Shown here: positions 33,956 through 47,374 of the stretch, piece after piece
Numbering within the stretch: position 1 is the first letter of the stretch
Layout: each line of letters opens with the position of its first letter
Assembly: GCF_018977255.1 (NCBI RefSeq)
Contig: NW_024704743.1
Location: 10,356,001-10,420,000, forward strand
From: Callorhinchus milii
Lineage: Eukaryota
Length of the DNA: 64,000 nucleotides
Direction of reading: 5' to 3'
The notes under the pieces: generated by a model
Databases searched by the model: none
What the model was told of the DNA's origin: nothing
The model's input: only the letters and a program-made list of their open reading frames with translations
Made by a program: the position numbers and the translations under genes

Positions 33956-36649
33956 AATAAAAGGATTGTTACTATTAATTTCTTCCTGTCTCACCAATCA
34001 GTTGAAATAATGGAGGTCAAAATTGGGAGCAGTGAATTGTTAATTAGCACTGGTGCTGTTAACATGATACATTCTGAACTTATTTTTTGGTATTTCATTG
34101 GTTCAACGTGTAGATGACTTTAGGTCCAATATAATATTAATTAATAATAAACCTTGTATTTGATATAGCAAATATATCTGTCAAGTCAGGATGATGTTTC
34201 AAAGCACTTCACAGGATGTACTGTAAAGTGCAGTGACTGTGTATTTTTTCAGTGAACCAGCGGTGATAGCCCACAAACAGCCATGGAGTGAGTGACCATT
34301 TTTGTTTGTTCGATTGTTGGCTAGGACGCCAAGAGAAACTCCCTTTTCTTTTCGAATAATGCGATGAGATTTGCATCCCAGTTTTCGAATAATGCGATGA
34401 GATTTGCACCCCAGTTTCTCTCTGGTCATATTATCAAAACCATTGTCCATTTTCAATACATCTGACAGATTTCCCTCTGAGCCTGTTCTGCTTTGGCAAA
34501 AGCAGTTCCAACTTTTCACCAACAACAACTTGCCTTTATATAGCGCCCTTCACACTGGACAACATCTCGGAGTGCTTAAATTCTCTCTGATAGCCTCCCA
34601 TTGATGGTATCATCCTAGTTAATAATTACTGCGCCTTCACCATTGCTAAACATTTAATACAGCTTACCTTTACATAGTGCCTTTATCACTGGGAGGATGC
34701 CTCAAAGCTGGATTGGCTGAGGTGGAACCAAGAAGGGTGAGGAGGAAAAGATTACCAAAAGCGCAATGAAAGAAGTACATTTTGAGCTGTGCCTCAAATG
34801 ATAGAAGGAGTGAGTGAGTCAGAGGTACTGTTACTCCAGCTCTGGATGGAATTCCGAAGAGCAGAGGCAGAATGGCTGAAAGTCTGTTTGCCGATGCTGA
34901 GGCAGAAAATATGGGGGACATGAAGCAGGACTGTCTTTGCTGAGCAAAGATTGCAGCTTGCCAGTTGTGGTTGAAGAAGATCCGGTCTAGAATCAAATGC
35001 CCAAAACATTTCCAACTTCAGCCAAACCAATGTCTTGTACAAAAAGTAATATTACGTTTCTCCAGGTGTTCTGGCTGAAGAATCCCCCAAATAAAAGTGG
35101 TCACTCACTCCATGGTTGTTTGTTGGACACTGCTGTGAGCAAAATGGCTGCAACATTTGTCAACAAAATATATAAGACTTTACTATTATATCCTGCGAAG
35201 GGCTCTGAGACGTCTCGATGGCATGATAAAGCATTCTATCAAATACAATGATTATTATTTCTGTAGATATGGCTTTCTGAAATTTACAGCCATTTCATCC
35301 ATCATGCCCTTTTTCGAGCACATTCAGATGGGGCTGAATGTAAATTTCAGTGGCTCTTTCTTCAACATATAAAGATAGAATTCAATTTGATTGTATTCCA
35401 TATTTTAGCCATTAAAGTATTTGAAAAATGCAGGTGCCAAAAATAATCTATATTAAAACAATATCCAGAAAATTGGCTGGGGAAACAGCTGCAGTAAGCA
35501 GTGCAGCTCAGTTGGTGCAACCTTACAGCCCAAGTTTTTTTCTCCAGACGTCAAGGAAATGAAGCTGAGATCAGGTTAAACAAAACTTCTAACCTAATAA
35601 ATGGGGTTTTCAGCAACTTTTTGAAAATAGTTTGATGCCAATTAACTTCCCCTCTCCCCCACCAAGTGGTGTTCAATTCCTTTGTCTTTCTACTGGGGCA
35701 CAGCTCCATGGATGCTGTGCATTCCCTCAATGGGTATTATTCTTTGGTCATACTTGACAGCGCCAGGCTATTTGCCTACAAAATACAGTTACTTCACCAC
35801 ATTACACTACACTCTTCCATTTCTCCCTACCTTTGGACTTACATCTTTGACCGTGGGTCATCTTACCTAACCCCACCTTACTCAGCTCCACCACATCCAC
35901 CCCATTCAGCTATGTAAAGTGCTTTGAAACATTTTCTGATGTGAAAGGTGTTTTATAAGTGCAGTGTATTTTATGTTTCAGTAAAGCCTGTGAAGAGCTT
36001 TGAGATACCCTTCTAATGTGAAAGGTGCTATATTAATGTAAATTTGTAATCATAATAATAATCCTTGCATTTGATATAGTGCCTTAACGTTGAGATGCCT
36101 CAAAGTTTAAATTGTAAAGTGAATTGACTATCTGTTCTGGATAAAACACGGCAGCCAATTGCGCACAGCAGTGTCCTACAAACAGTCATAGATTGAGCGA
36201 CCAAGTTAATATTGTATTGCCTTCTACATCAAATGCAAATGCTATTTGTTATCATTACTGAATGTTTGGGGTTTGCAGCACTCTGTTCATATCCAGACCC
36301 CATCTTCATTCGTACCTGCTGTCAGTGGCCAATGGACAGCTAATGGGAGTGGGGAACCCTGGCTGAACTCTCTCTCCCCAACCCACATTATATCATTCAA
36401 CCAGCCACATGTTCGTCTGTACACACACTGAATAAGTCCACCGAGAGATTGATTTTGGAAAATGCTGGATTTTGTTGGCATCTGCTCTGGCATGAACATA
36501 TCAACGCTGGCGTCGATACATAACAGCAAAGAAGTGAACTCCTGCTAATATCCACTGCAAGGGACTTGATCTTAAGCTGAACTGACTGATTTAGTTGAAG
36601 GACTTTGATGACTTTTTTCTATGAAAGTGAGATGCAAGCTGAGGTTTGT

Positions 36650-37040
36650 TTGTCAGCCTGCTTGAGTTGGTAGCATTCTGACCTCCGAGACAGAAGGTTG
36701 TAGGTTCAAGGCCTGTGTCAGGACTTTGAACTCACAGTCTAGGCCGACACTGCAAGGTGGTAGGGAGTGCTGCATCCTTTGAATGAGACATTAAACCAGA
36801 GCCCCATCTGCCTGTTCAGGTGAACGTTAAAGATCCCATGGCACTATTTAAAAGGAGAAAGGAGTTTGTCTTGGCCAACAATCCCCCAAATAAAATTTGT
36901 TATTTACTTCCTGGCTGTTTATGGGACATTGCTGTGTGTAAATTAGCTGCCACATTCACCAACAAAATACACAGTCATTACACTTTACAGAATATCCCAT
37001 GAAGTGCTTTGAAAAGCGAAAGGTGCTACATTAAAAATGA
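36650..37040 (+). mobile_element. Old Deu-domain SINE, near full length
   Basis: Head GTCAGCCTGCTTGAGTTGGTAGCA..GGTTCAAG; CAGGTGAACGTTAAAGATCCCATGGCACTATT; L2-type end. Confidence 0.85.
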
Positions 37041-38949
37041 AAGCATTAAGTTCTAATTTGAACCACACACTCACTGCCAGACCTTGACCTCAAGACTGCG
37101 GATTTCCACACCTCTCCCCTCCCCCAGTCTTTTCTCCTTCAATTTACAGGCTCTAAAAGAGAATATCAGTGCCACCTATGTCCTATTTCCCCCAGTTAGT
37201 CTCAATTTTAACAGGAAATGCTTGGACATTGGATTAACAGTTGATGCTTGGACATTGGATTTTTTTTTAAACCTTGCTGCTGTGATGGGAGGATGGATTG
37301 GGGAGGTGTTCTGGATGGATGAAATCAAATGGGATGAAGAACCTTCTTCATATGGCTCTACTTGAAAAGAGAAGGGTTTAGCTCTTCCCTTCTCACCCCC
37401 TTATCTCCACCCCAAGCTCCTCCTTCAGCCTCCCGCACTCAAGGCTTCACCGTCATGCACATCCCCCTTACCCCCAAATTCCCCTCCCCAAGGCTCCCCT
37501 TCCCAGGTTGGGCTGTGTTAAGTTCTTTGAAACATCCTCCCAATGGGACAAGCAGGATATAAACATGAACTGTAATCGTGGTACACATTCTTATTTTACT
37601 CAAGCATTGATACACAACCACAACCTATCACCCCTCCTGACTCTGATCTTCAAAGCAGTTCAACTCCAGCACCTCTCAGTGTATTTTTGCTTTTTTATGG
37701 GTTCGTTCAGTCAGTCAGTAACTGGGAAAAACTAGATCCAAGTTTTCCCTTAATGAGTTAATTCCATGTTTCTTGTATAAAGACACTTCTTGTGAACCAA
37801 TTACTTAATGCTGTTATAACATCAATTGGATTTACTTTGAAATAATGAATCCAGTTCATTCTTTCAGCCTGACAGCTGCAAACCTGCCTGCTCCTCTTTA
37901 TGAGAAAGAAGGGATGAGGGAAGCAGCCAGTGGGCTTATTTGCTGGCTATGAGATACCTTTCTGCTGTTTCTGGTATGTGAGTAACAGTTTACACCAGTG
38001 ATACAAAATATTTCAGTAAACTCACCAAGATCTGCCAACATTTTGTGCTGGCTCACTTCCAAACTGCAATTATGAAAATAGTCACGTTCAGAATAAAACT
38101 ACTAAAAGGATGTCTGTCAACAGACATATGGAATAGCCAAAACTTTGTCAGCTTGGCTCAGTTGGTAGCACTCCCCAAGTTGGGGCTTGGCACTCCAATG
38201 CAATGCTGGGATGAAGGCTATATTGTCGGAGGTGCCATCCTTCAGATGAATAATAATTATCCCTGGATTTGATACGGTGCCTTTCACATCGTGAGGATGT
38301 ATCAAAGTGCAATAACTGTGTATTTTGTAAGTGAATGCAGCAGCTGCCAATTTGCTCACAGCAATGTCCCACAAACAGGCATGAATTGAATGATCAATTT
38401 TATCTGAGGAATCATTGGTCAGGACACCAGGAGAAACACCCTTTTCTTTTTGAATAGTGCCATGCGATATTTAGCTTTCCCCTTAACAGGTCGAAAGGAC
38501 CTTGGTTTAATGTCTCATCTGTTAAGGGAGTAAAAAGAGTGCAGTTTAACAATTGCTACACTTTACAGTAAATCCTATGAGGGGCTTTAAGATGTTTTGA
38601 TGGTGCAATATCAAATGTGAGGATAATAATAATTCTTGTATTTGATATTGTGCCTCATCACGTCTCAAAGCACTTCACACGATATATTATATATTGAATT
38701 GACCATGTATTTTGTGGGCAAAATGCAGCAGCCGATTGTGCATAGCAGTGTCCCACAAACGGTTGTGAATTGAGTGACCACACTTTTTTTTGAGGGATTA
38801 TCATTTATTAAAAGGTAAAATGTGGTGGATGGGTCTATTTTCCACATTCAATAAGGAAGATGACTGAACATGGTCTCTGATTACCAGCATGTCAAGAGAA
38901 ACAATGCTGATGACAATAATCATTTTCTAATGATTAGAAAATGCAAGTG

Positions 38950-39203
38950 TGCGCCCACCTTGAAATTCTGTCTCGTCTTTGCCTATTAAGATCATTTTGC
39001 CCTAAAAATTAATATTGTGCAGAATTGTGAAAAATTCTTAATTCCAGTTTTAATTTTGTTCTTTCTTAATTTTACTTCTTTCTAAGAACAAGGGAAAAAT
39101 GGCTTCAAATTAGCACTCTAATTGTCACAATTCTATATGATTTGAAATTTTAAGATAAAATGGTCTCATGGGCTAAGATTAGGTGGATTTTGGGGTCTGA
39201 GAT
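38950..39203. repeat. MITE-like family B, apparently complete copy with long degenerate terminal inverted arms
   Basis: Left arm TGAAATTCTG..CATTTTGCCCTAAAAATT..CAGAATTGTGAAAA matches the reverse complement of the right arm (CAAAATCC..CATTTTATCTTAAAATTT..TAGAATTGTGACAA). Confidence 0.55.
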
Positions 39204-39265
39204 GAGTTGATGACAAGGTCTAGCTCTCTAGTAGGCATTGTGAGGTTGAATGGAGTTGAGCTATT

Positions 39266-40445
39266 CAACAACATCAACAAGATCACATTTGTATCGCGCC
39301 TTTCATGTCGGGAGGCCGTCCCAAGGCGCTGTACAGAGAACAGCTTTCCAGACCCGAGTTGGGGTTGGGGAGGTAAGGGAGGGGAAGGGGGGTGGCCGAT
39401 GGCATGGTCGAAAAGGAGGGTCTTGAGACAGGACTTGAAGGAGGCTAAGGAGGGGGCGAGGTGGAGTGACTGGGGGATGGAATTCCAGAGATTGGGGGCA
39501 AAGTGACTGAAGGCTCTCCCGCCAATGGTGGGGTGGGTGGGTCAGGGGACGTGGAGCAGGTCAGAGCCGGCTGAGCGGAGGGAATGGGTGGATTGGTAGG
39601 GGGTTAGGAGATGTCAGAGGTAGGGTGGGGCGAGGCCATTGGAGGGCTTTGTATGTGAGGACCAGTATCTTGAACTGGATCCTCTGAAGGATAGGGAGCC
39701 AGTGGATTCGGGCAAGAATGGGGGAGATGAGGTCACAGAGTTTGGTGCTGGAGAGGACACGGGCTGCAGAGTTCTGGATGATCTGCAGCCTGTGGAGGCA
39801 GGAATTGGGAAGGCCGACAAGCAGTGCATTTGCACAGTTGAGCCTGGAGGTGATGAAGGCATTAACAAGAGTTTCAACGGTCTGAGGGCTGAGGTAGTGG
39901 TGGAGTTGGGTGATGTTACTGAGGTGAGGGAAGACAGAGCAGGTCATGGCTTGAATGTGGGGGAGAAAAGACAGTTGAGGGTCGAACAAGACACCTAGGT
40001 TCCTGACTGGCTTGGTAAGTTGTAGTGTGCAACCAATTGAGGTTGATGTTGCCAGAGCCTGAGGTGCAGAGGCGCTGGCGGGAGCCAATCAGGAGGACCT
40101 CAGTCTTGTTCACATTCAACTGTAGGAAATTTGCCCTCATCTAGGACTTGATGTCCGACAGGCAGTCTGTCAGGACAGCAGTGGTCCTGGAGTTGAGGGT
40201 GGAGGCAGAAAGATAGAGTTGGGTGTCATCCGCATACATGTCGAAGTTGACCCCATGTTTGCAGATGATGTCACCAAGGGGGAGCATGTAGATATTAAAG
40301 AGGAGAGGGCCAAGCATAGAGCCCTGGGGGACACCAGATGTGACAGTGGGGGCCTGGAGGAGAAACTGTTAGAGGCAATAAAGTGGAGGTGGTGAGAGAG
40401 ATAGGAATCGAACCAGGCAAGGGCAGATCCGTGAAAATTGAGTAA
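39266..40445 (-). mobile_element. L2 LINE, 5'-truncated, RT and 3' end
   Basis: [52 protein letters not shown]2 tail at 39266-39300. Confidence 0.95.
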
Positions 40446-42020
40446 AGCGGAAATTCATTCACTCAATAAATTGAAATATATTCACTCAATAAATGACAAA
40501 GAAATATGGGGCACAGATGTTCCGCTATTGGCAAGCAAAATGATCTTGTACACTGGCCCCCAATCTCCAGGCTTAAAACCTTCCTGATAAAGTAATGACT
40601 GTGATTTATTAAACAATTGTGAATCGCTGGCCAAATACTAGGGAGAAATATGAAAATAAACAATAAATTGGCTGCTATCGTAAATCCTGAGAAACACATA
40701 GGAAGCCGTTAACATGCATTTCTCAAAGGTCCATCAGAGCATGGTGTTCCTTGTACAAAGGTCACACAGAGAGTTTAGTAAGTTTCCCACATATCAATCA
40801 AGAGACCTCCCTGCTAGTAAGGGCGTTGGGGGAAAATTGCTCTATAATTTCCCTATAGAACTCTGAACACTTGCTCTGGGTACCAGTGTCATTAACTAAT
40901 ATCTCTTCCGGATTTTCTTTGGCTCGATGATCTTTCTTTTGTTGTTGGAGTATATAGCAATAAAATGTTTTGTTAATACGAAAGTGAGAAACTGATATAG
41001 GGTCATCTTCAAAATGTTCTGAGCTCTCCAACGACACACACACACGATATTTATGTAGGTAGATGTACAGCGCTCGTCAGCATGTAACATTGATATGACT
41101 GGGAAACTTTGCAAAGTATTCGCTTTCTGTGTGTATATGTCTTTTTTAAAAAAGGCTGTGTGTATGTGTGTTCAGCTGATGCAGCAAATGCAGCATCATG
41201 TATGAATGTCAATATGTACGCATGTGTGAACTTAAAAAATATAAGGTTTGTATCAATGGGTGATAAAGGAGACAGCAGGCACTTTGGGATTACACAGAGG
41301 AAGGGAGGAAATAGGGGAATTATGGCTATAATTCTGTAGAATTATAAATATGTAAAATCAATGTGGAACAGTGGTTGCTATATATTTTCAGATTGGTGTT
41401 GCTGCTGTGAAGTGCTTTGAGATGTTATTCTACATTTTATCTTGGTCAGCCAGATGTCCGACTCATGCAGAAATATAATATATTTATAATTATAAAAATA
41501 CTAATCCTTGCATTTAATATTGTATTGTCGAGACATCTCAAAGCGCTTCATGGGACTAACTGTGAAGTGGATTGATGGTGTATTTTGTGAGTGGAGAAGA
41601 ATCAGACTGAGAGTTCCAGATATGTATCCCACCTTCACATGGAAATTCCCTTGTTTTTGGAATAGAATGCAAACTCTTTCCCTATAAGGATGCGTGTTTC
41701 TTATGTGGGACACTGCTGTGTACAATTGGCTGCCATGTTTCACCCACAAAACATACAGTGTATTCTGTGAAGTGCTTTGAGATGTCTCGAAGATGCGATA
41801 AGGCACTATATCAAAGGCAAGGATTATTTTATATTATTATATTGCTTTTCATAATCCAGTATTTGCATCCTGGTCTTTCCATTGCTTTCCAGAAGCTTTG
41901 GAGACGTCCAGTTCTTCAGTCACATACAACAGCATCAACAACTTGCATTTTTGACAATGAATGATTATCCTCCTTTGGACAGGGGTGGGGGAATGGGAAG
42001 CATGGTCAGAGGCGAGCTCA

Positions 42021-42420
42021 CCCTCTGTGGCAGTCTCGGTTGTCCAGTTTCGGAGCCAGGCAAGCATACAGTATTCCAGGGTACTGCTAATAAAAGCACA
42101 GCTACAACCAGCAGCACCCCAACAGGACTTGGAAGAGTAGATAAGTCACTGGGGCAAGGACTGTTCCCACTCAGCTTCCGTAAACCCTGCTAGCCAAAGC
42201 CCTAATGGGTAGGGTGGTCTTGGTTGGACAATCAGTGGGAAAGCTTTTCAGACAGTGCTTTCAATGACAAGCTATACTGGATAGACACCAGCAGTACTCC
42301 AACATGCACTCTGAGGTTCCCAACTTTGGCTCTTGTCAACCTGATACTCTTTGGAATTAGGTAAGCAGAATGCATCCCTCCAGGGAGAGTGTGCGTTGCA
42401 TTCCAATACTACCCTGTGTG
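42021..42420 (+). repeat. Unclassified repeat family A, reference copy
   Basis: Colinear with 19820-20260 (reverse), 15147-15335, 7247-7520, 33745-33955, 52988-53200 (reverse), 41625-41702 (reverse). Confidence 0.8.
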
Positions 42421-42429
42421 AAGGGTCCT

Positions 42430-42710
42430 AAATGCATTTGATATAGCACCTTATTACATTTTTGTGACGTCTCAAAGCACTTCACAGGATACACAGTAAA
42501 GAGTAGCGACTGTGTATTTTGTGGTCGAAACACGACAGCCAATTGCACACAGCAGTGTCTCACAAACAGCCAATTAGTATTATTTAAAAAAAATATTTTG
42601 AAGGTATTATTTCCCCAAGAAAAGTGATACACAGATCAAATAACAACTGGGTTCCTACTTACAGTTGGGTAAACAGAGGCGTGTGGAGTAAGGAAACTTG
42701 CCCAACGTTT
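42430..42710 (-). mobile_element. SINE long form, lacking head
   Basis: TGCATTTGATATAGCACC.., GGGTTCCTACTTACAGTTGGGTAAACAGAGGCGTGTGGAGTAAGGAAACTTGCCC. Confidence 0.85.
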
Positions 42711-43075
42711 TAGATTGCTTCACTGGGAGAGAATTGTACACCAAACAAGGAAAAAGATGGGATTTTAAAAAAAACAGTCGTTTTAAAATGTTTTTAAATT
42801 CAGTCATAATTTGGAAATTTGGAAGCCAGTTCTCCTTTATAATCATAATAATTTGACACAGCACTTTATCATGCTGAAATATCTCAAAGCCTTTCTATAA
42901 AGTAGTGATTGTATTTGTAGGGAACTCAACAGTTAATTTGTTCAGTTTGCCAAAGTATCACAGACATTGCTATGATGTGATTTTTTAAAACATCTGGGGA
43001 TTTGTTGGCCAGAACACTAAGAGAAAATCCCTTCTCTTTTCTAGTAGTGCCATGGGATCTTTAACATCCCACCTG

Positions 43076-43644
43076 TGTAGGACTTTATAGCGAGGGTGTT
43101 TAGTCCTCAACCCGTTCCAACTGTTCACCCTGAGGTAAGGTATTCAAAGCGAGACAAAAAATGTTAAACTAGGTATTATTTATTGCTTAGCAAAATGACG
43201 GTTGCAACAGTTATAATATACATAAACTGTGGAAGATGATTCAGGGCTCGGTTCAATCAAGATTCTTACCCTGGGGGACCTGGAGTGATTACACGTCGAT
43301 ATTGCTTGTAGTTCTCAGTTTAGGCAGGTGCTCCTCTGCCACAGCCACAATCCCTCCCCTGCCATTGCTCACTCAAGCTTTTGTAACCTCTTTTTCTTCT
43401 CATCCTCGGTTGATTATTTGTGAGTCTTTCAATGACCATATAAGGACTTGCTTTTTTCTGCACTGGACTCAAAGTATCCTGAGCCCAGTTTCAGTCAGTT
43501 CATTTTGTTTGATCAAGTTAACATCTTGCCTTTTGTTATGGCTAATTTGTGCTAGACATCGTCTTTTCCTTGCAAGTTGGTGTATGCGTGTCCTGAGGTC
43601 ATTTGACTCAATGGTTTCCCATTATGCAGCTTTTGCAGCTTACA
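43076..43644 (-). mobile_element. Solo LTR (569 bp) inserted in a Deu SINE
   Basis: TGTA...TACA termini; CCTG duplicated at 43072-43075 and 43645-43648; removing it restores the SINE word CACCTGAA; AATAAA on the minus strand at 43179-43184. Confidence 0.8.
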
Positions 43645-43739
43645 CCTGAAAGACAAGCTGGGCCTTGATTTAATGTTTCAATCACCTCCATTAATATTCC
43701 TGGTGTCCCAGCCAACAATCCCCAGATAAAATTGTCTCA

Positions 43740-44410
43740 ATCCCTCTGCCTCACCCTCTCTATCTTGAAATCCCACCTTAAGACATTTAATTGATTGCAC
43801 CTATGGTCATCTCCCCCTCTCCCTTCTCCTTTGCTTGGTGTCCAACCCCGTCATTGTGCAATGTTGTTGTCCTGCATGAAGAGGGTTTCATAAATGCAAG
43901 TTATTGTTGTAATTTTCTGCAAAGCCCTCCTCACCATTCTCCCCAGCTCCACTATTCATAAAAAACAATTAATTCAAAACTCTGTTGCATCTATTCCTCA
44001 TTCACACTAAACTCTGTACCTCCATAACCTTAGTCCTTCCAGGTTCCACTGGCTACCTATTGTAATCCTCACACTAACAAACAAAACATTTCATGCGATG
44101 GCACCTCCTTACCTCACCAACCCCACTCCATTACCTGTCGCCTTGCTCAGCTGGCTTTGGCCTCCTACACATTCCACGCCCCCTCCAATCCAGCATCGAC
44201 AGCCAGGCCTTCAGCTGCTAGGGCCCCAAACTATAGAACGCTCTACACTGATCCCTCCACCTTGACTCCTCCTTGTCTGTTTTCAGATCACACCTCAGGA
44301 CTTTTCACTTTGACCATGCCTATTGGTCTACTCCACTCTGATCCCAGCTCAGCATCAAGCTCCACCACTGTTAAGCCCTCCATTAATGTAAGTTGTTGTT
44401 GTTGCTGCTG
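43740..44410 (+). mobile_element. Two adjacent old L2 3' fragments
   Basis: Two L2 tails (43890-43910; 44385-44410); TTCCACTGGCTACCTATT and TTCAAAACTCTGTTGCA motifs. Confidence 0.75.
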
Positions 44411-44696
44411 CATAAATTGTTTGCTCTGTTCTCCTCCAAAAACATACAGTTACTACACTTTACAGTAAAATCCAGTGAAGCACTTTGACATGTCTCAATA
44501 ACATGATGTGCTACATTGAATATATGTATTATTATTATTAATCATGCCACAAAACCACCTCCAGCTATAATTGTTTGCCAGTTTTGAGAGAGGTGATATG
44601 TTTGAATGTATGTCAAAAAATATATCATGTTCAAGCTAATAATATAATCCTTGCATTTGATTAGCACCTTAATCACATCTTTTAAGCGCTTTGAGA

Positions 44697-45570
44697 TGGC
44701 TTTTCCTCCTGCTCTCATCTGGTTACCTGCGGGGTACTCCAAGGATCCATCCTTGGCCCCCCTCCTCTTCCTAATCTATACGCTCCTTCTTGGAGATATT
44801 ATCCGCAAACATGGGGTACACTTCCATTTGTAAACACCCAAATCTATTTTTCCACCTCACTTTGTGACCCCCAGATCTCTAATGTTCTGTCAGCCTGCCT
44901 GTCAGACATCAGGAGCTGGATGAGCGCGAATTTCCTTCAGCTAAATGTCGACAAGATGGAACCCATACTTTTAGGCTCTCGTCAACATCTAAAATCGCAT
45001 GGTTCTCACCTCCTCCACCTACCCAACCTCCCCCTAAAACTCTCCGAACCCATATGCAACCTAGGCATCAGGTTCGACCCCCAATTATCCTTCCTCTTCT
45101 ACATCCGGTCCCTCACCAGCACCGCTTTCTTCCATCTCCAACTCATCGCCCATCTCCGACAATACCTCGCTCCAAAAGCCGCAGAAACCCTGGTCCATGA
45201 CTTTGTCACCTCTCGGCTGGACTATTCAAATGCCCTCCTCGCCGGTCTCCCCTCAACCACCATTCATAAAATCCAGGTCATTCAAAACTCTGCTGCCTGC
45301 ATTCTTACCCGCACCAAACTCTGCTCCCCAATTACCCCAGTCCTTGCCAGACTGCACTGGCTGCCTTTCCCAGAGAAGGTCGATTTCAGGGTCCTCACTC
45401 TTGTCTTCAAATTCCTCCACTCCTCTGTACACCTTTACCTCTCTGACCTCCTCTCTCCTTACAACAGTGCCCGTTGGCTTCACTCCACCGGGTCTGGCCT
45501 CCTACTTGTCCCCCCGAATCCTCCACTCAACCATCGGCGGACGTACGTTCAGCCACTGTGCCCAGTGTGG
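44697..45570 (+). mobile_element. L2 LINE RT/C-terminal fragment
   Basis: LAPLLFLIYTLLLGDIIRKHG; 217-aa MSANFLQLNVDK..SRLDYSNALLAGLP..LHWLPFPEKVDFRVL. Confidence 0.95.
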
Positions 45571-45920
45571 TAGATAGGGTAGATGCAGAAAAGCTATTTC
45601 CTATGTTGGGGGAATGCAAAACAAGGGGGTGGAGTCTTAAAATTAGAACCAGACCATTTAAGAAGTGAAATTAGGAAGCATCTTTTCACTCAAACAGTGG
45701 TAGAAATCTGGAACTCTCTCTGCCAAAAGGTCGTGGATGCTGGATCCATCCACACCTTCAAGAAAGAGATTGACAGATTTTTGGTAGGTCGGGGTATTAA
45801 GGGATATGGGGAGAAAGCGGGAAATTGGATTTGAAATTCTAGTAAAGGTATAGATCAGCCATGATCTAATTAAATGGTGGAATGGGCTGAATGGCCTACT
45901 CCTGTTCCTATGTTCCTATG
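45570..45920 (+). mobile_element. CR1 LINE 3' end
   Basis: DRVDAEKLFP..RKHLFTQTVVEIWNSL..FKKEIDRFL; 3' UTR GGGCTGAATGGCCTACTCCTGTTCCTATGTTCCTATG. Confidence 0.92.
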
Positions 45921-46435
45921 ACTTCTGCCCACTGTGCTGCTTGTTTTCTTGAAAATCGTTCAATAAGGGTAAGCTGTGTACTGATTAAATCAGTGGCTTT
46001 TAGAGTTGCATTGGCGGGTCTAATGCATCGCCCTCCCATATCAGTCCCATGTGTTTGTCCAGTGGTCTTGCTTTCTTGATCAGATAAATAACAGCTCCCT
46101 GAGATTTGAATCTAAAGTAAAAGTAAAAAACCTTTCAGCTATTTTGGTTCCTGCATCCAAGGATACTACCCACAATGGTACAATCATTCAGATATAATAA
46201 TAATAAACCTCGCATTTGATATAATGCTTTTCAGATCTTCTGGAATATACTGAACGTGAATTGACCGTATATTTTATGGGCGAAATACGGTCCCAAACTC
46301 CAACGCGTGTATCTTCACTCACACCAAACTCCACATAACTATCACCCTAATCCTCACTAAGCTCCACTGGCTATCCATCTCTGAATGGATTGACTTTACA
46401 TTACAGATTCCTTCAGACTCCAGCACCTCCCGACT

Positions 46436-46561
46436 TAGAGTTGCTACCTGAATGGTTTTCAACTGGTGAGGCTGTTTTTTGTACTGCCTTGCCGGTTTTA
46501 ATGTGTCTTTTTTACAGTGATCATATCAGGATGCATTGCCTTTACCAAGATGGCCACCCTC
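46436..46561. mobile_element. Degenerate hAT-like MITE inserted in an old L2 (~46290-47190)
   Basis: Ends TAGAGTTGCTACCT ... AGATGGCCACCCT resemble TAGGGTTGCCA/TGGCAACCCTA-type TIRs; interrupts the L2 after GCACCTCCC. No clear 8-bp TSD. Confidence 0.45.
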
Positions 46562-46679
46562 TCTCCTCACTACCATTACGGGTGTCCTATCCCTATCTCT
46601 GTTACCTGCTCTTGCTTCACTCCTCTGCGCAGCCTACATGGGCCTACTGTACATCCCTCATCTTCTGCATACCACCATC

Positions 46680-46953
46680 AGAGACCTGAGTTCAATTCCA
46701 GGCACAGGGCGAAACCTTGGCCAAGTTTCCTTACTCCACACAGAGCCTAATAATAATTCCTCCAAAACCAAAAACAATAATAAATTGGTCATTTTCAATC
46801 TACGACTGTTTGTGGGACACCGCTGTGCTCAATTGGCTGCCGCGTTCACCCACAAATATACAGTCAATTCACTTTACAGTGTGTTCTGTGAAGCGCTTTG
46901 GGACGTCCTCCCGACGTGAAAAGCGCTATATCAAATGCAAGGATTATTATTAT
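46680..46953 (+). mobile_element. Young tRNA-Ala-like SINE, short form, 5'-truncated
   Basis: Near-identical to 1521-1802 and the reverse of 5345-5625. Confidence 0.93.
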
Positions 46954-47374
46954 TTATCAGTGGCTGTGCTTCAGCCATTATGTCCTGTAACCTCTGAATC
47001 TTTCTGCTTCTATTGCTCCACCTTGACCCCTCTCCACTGATCTTTCAATCTCACCCTTAAAACCACTCTTTGACTGCACCTATTGTCACCACCCAGTCTT
47101 TTACTCTTGTTCGGTGTCCAAACCTGCCATTGTGAAGTGCTCCTAGATATTATCCTATGTGAAGGGTGCTGAATAAATCCAAGTTATTGATGTTGTGTTG
47201 GTCAAACCCATCAGCTTTGGTAATTGTTTGCTGGGTTGAACTCGCCAAAAGCAATGTCCAAGTCAGATCAGAGCACAATATCGTAAGGGGGACTATGTGC
47301 TGCAGATTCTTATTCAACCACTTCTAACAGACTTACAGTTCACGTGGGTCATTTATCACACACGTTTCATTTAA

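Noticed and set aside
34349..34414. 33-bp direct repeat as a CRISPR repeat
   Set aside because: Two adjacent units without spacer, eukaryotic context, no cas genes.
35465..35650. Possible further palindromic MITE
   Set aside because: Termini too degenerate to pair convincingly and no second copy seen.
40463..40699. Minus-strand hydrophobic ORF after TTTCTCAG acceptor-like site
   Set aside because: No recognisable homology or partner exons; AT-rich DNA readily yields F/I/L-rich frames.
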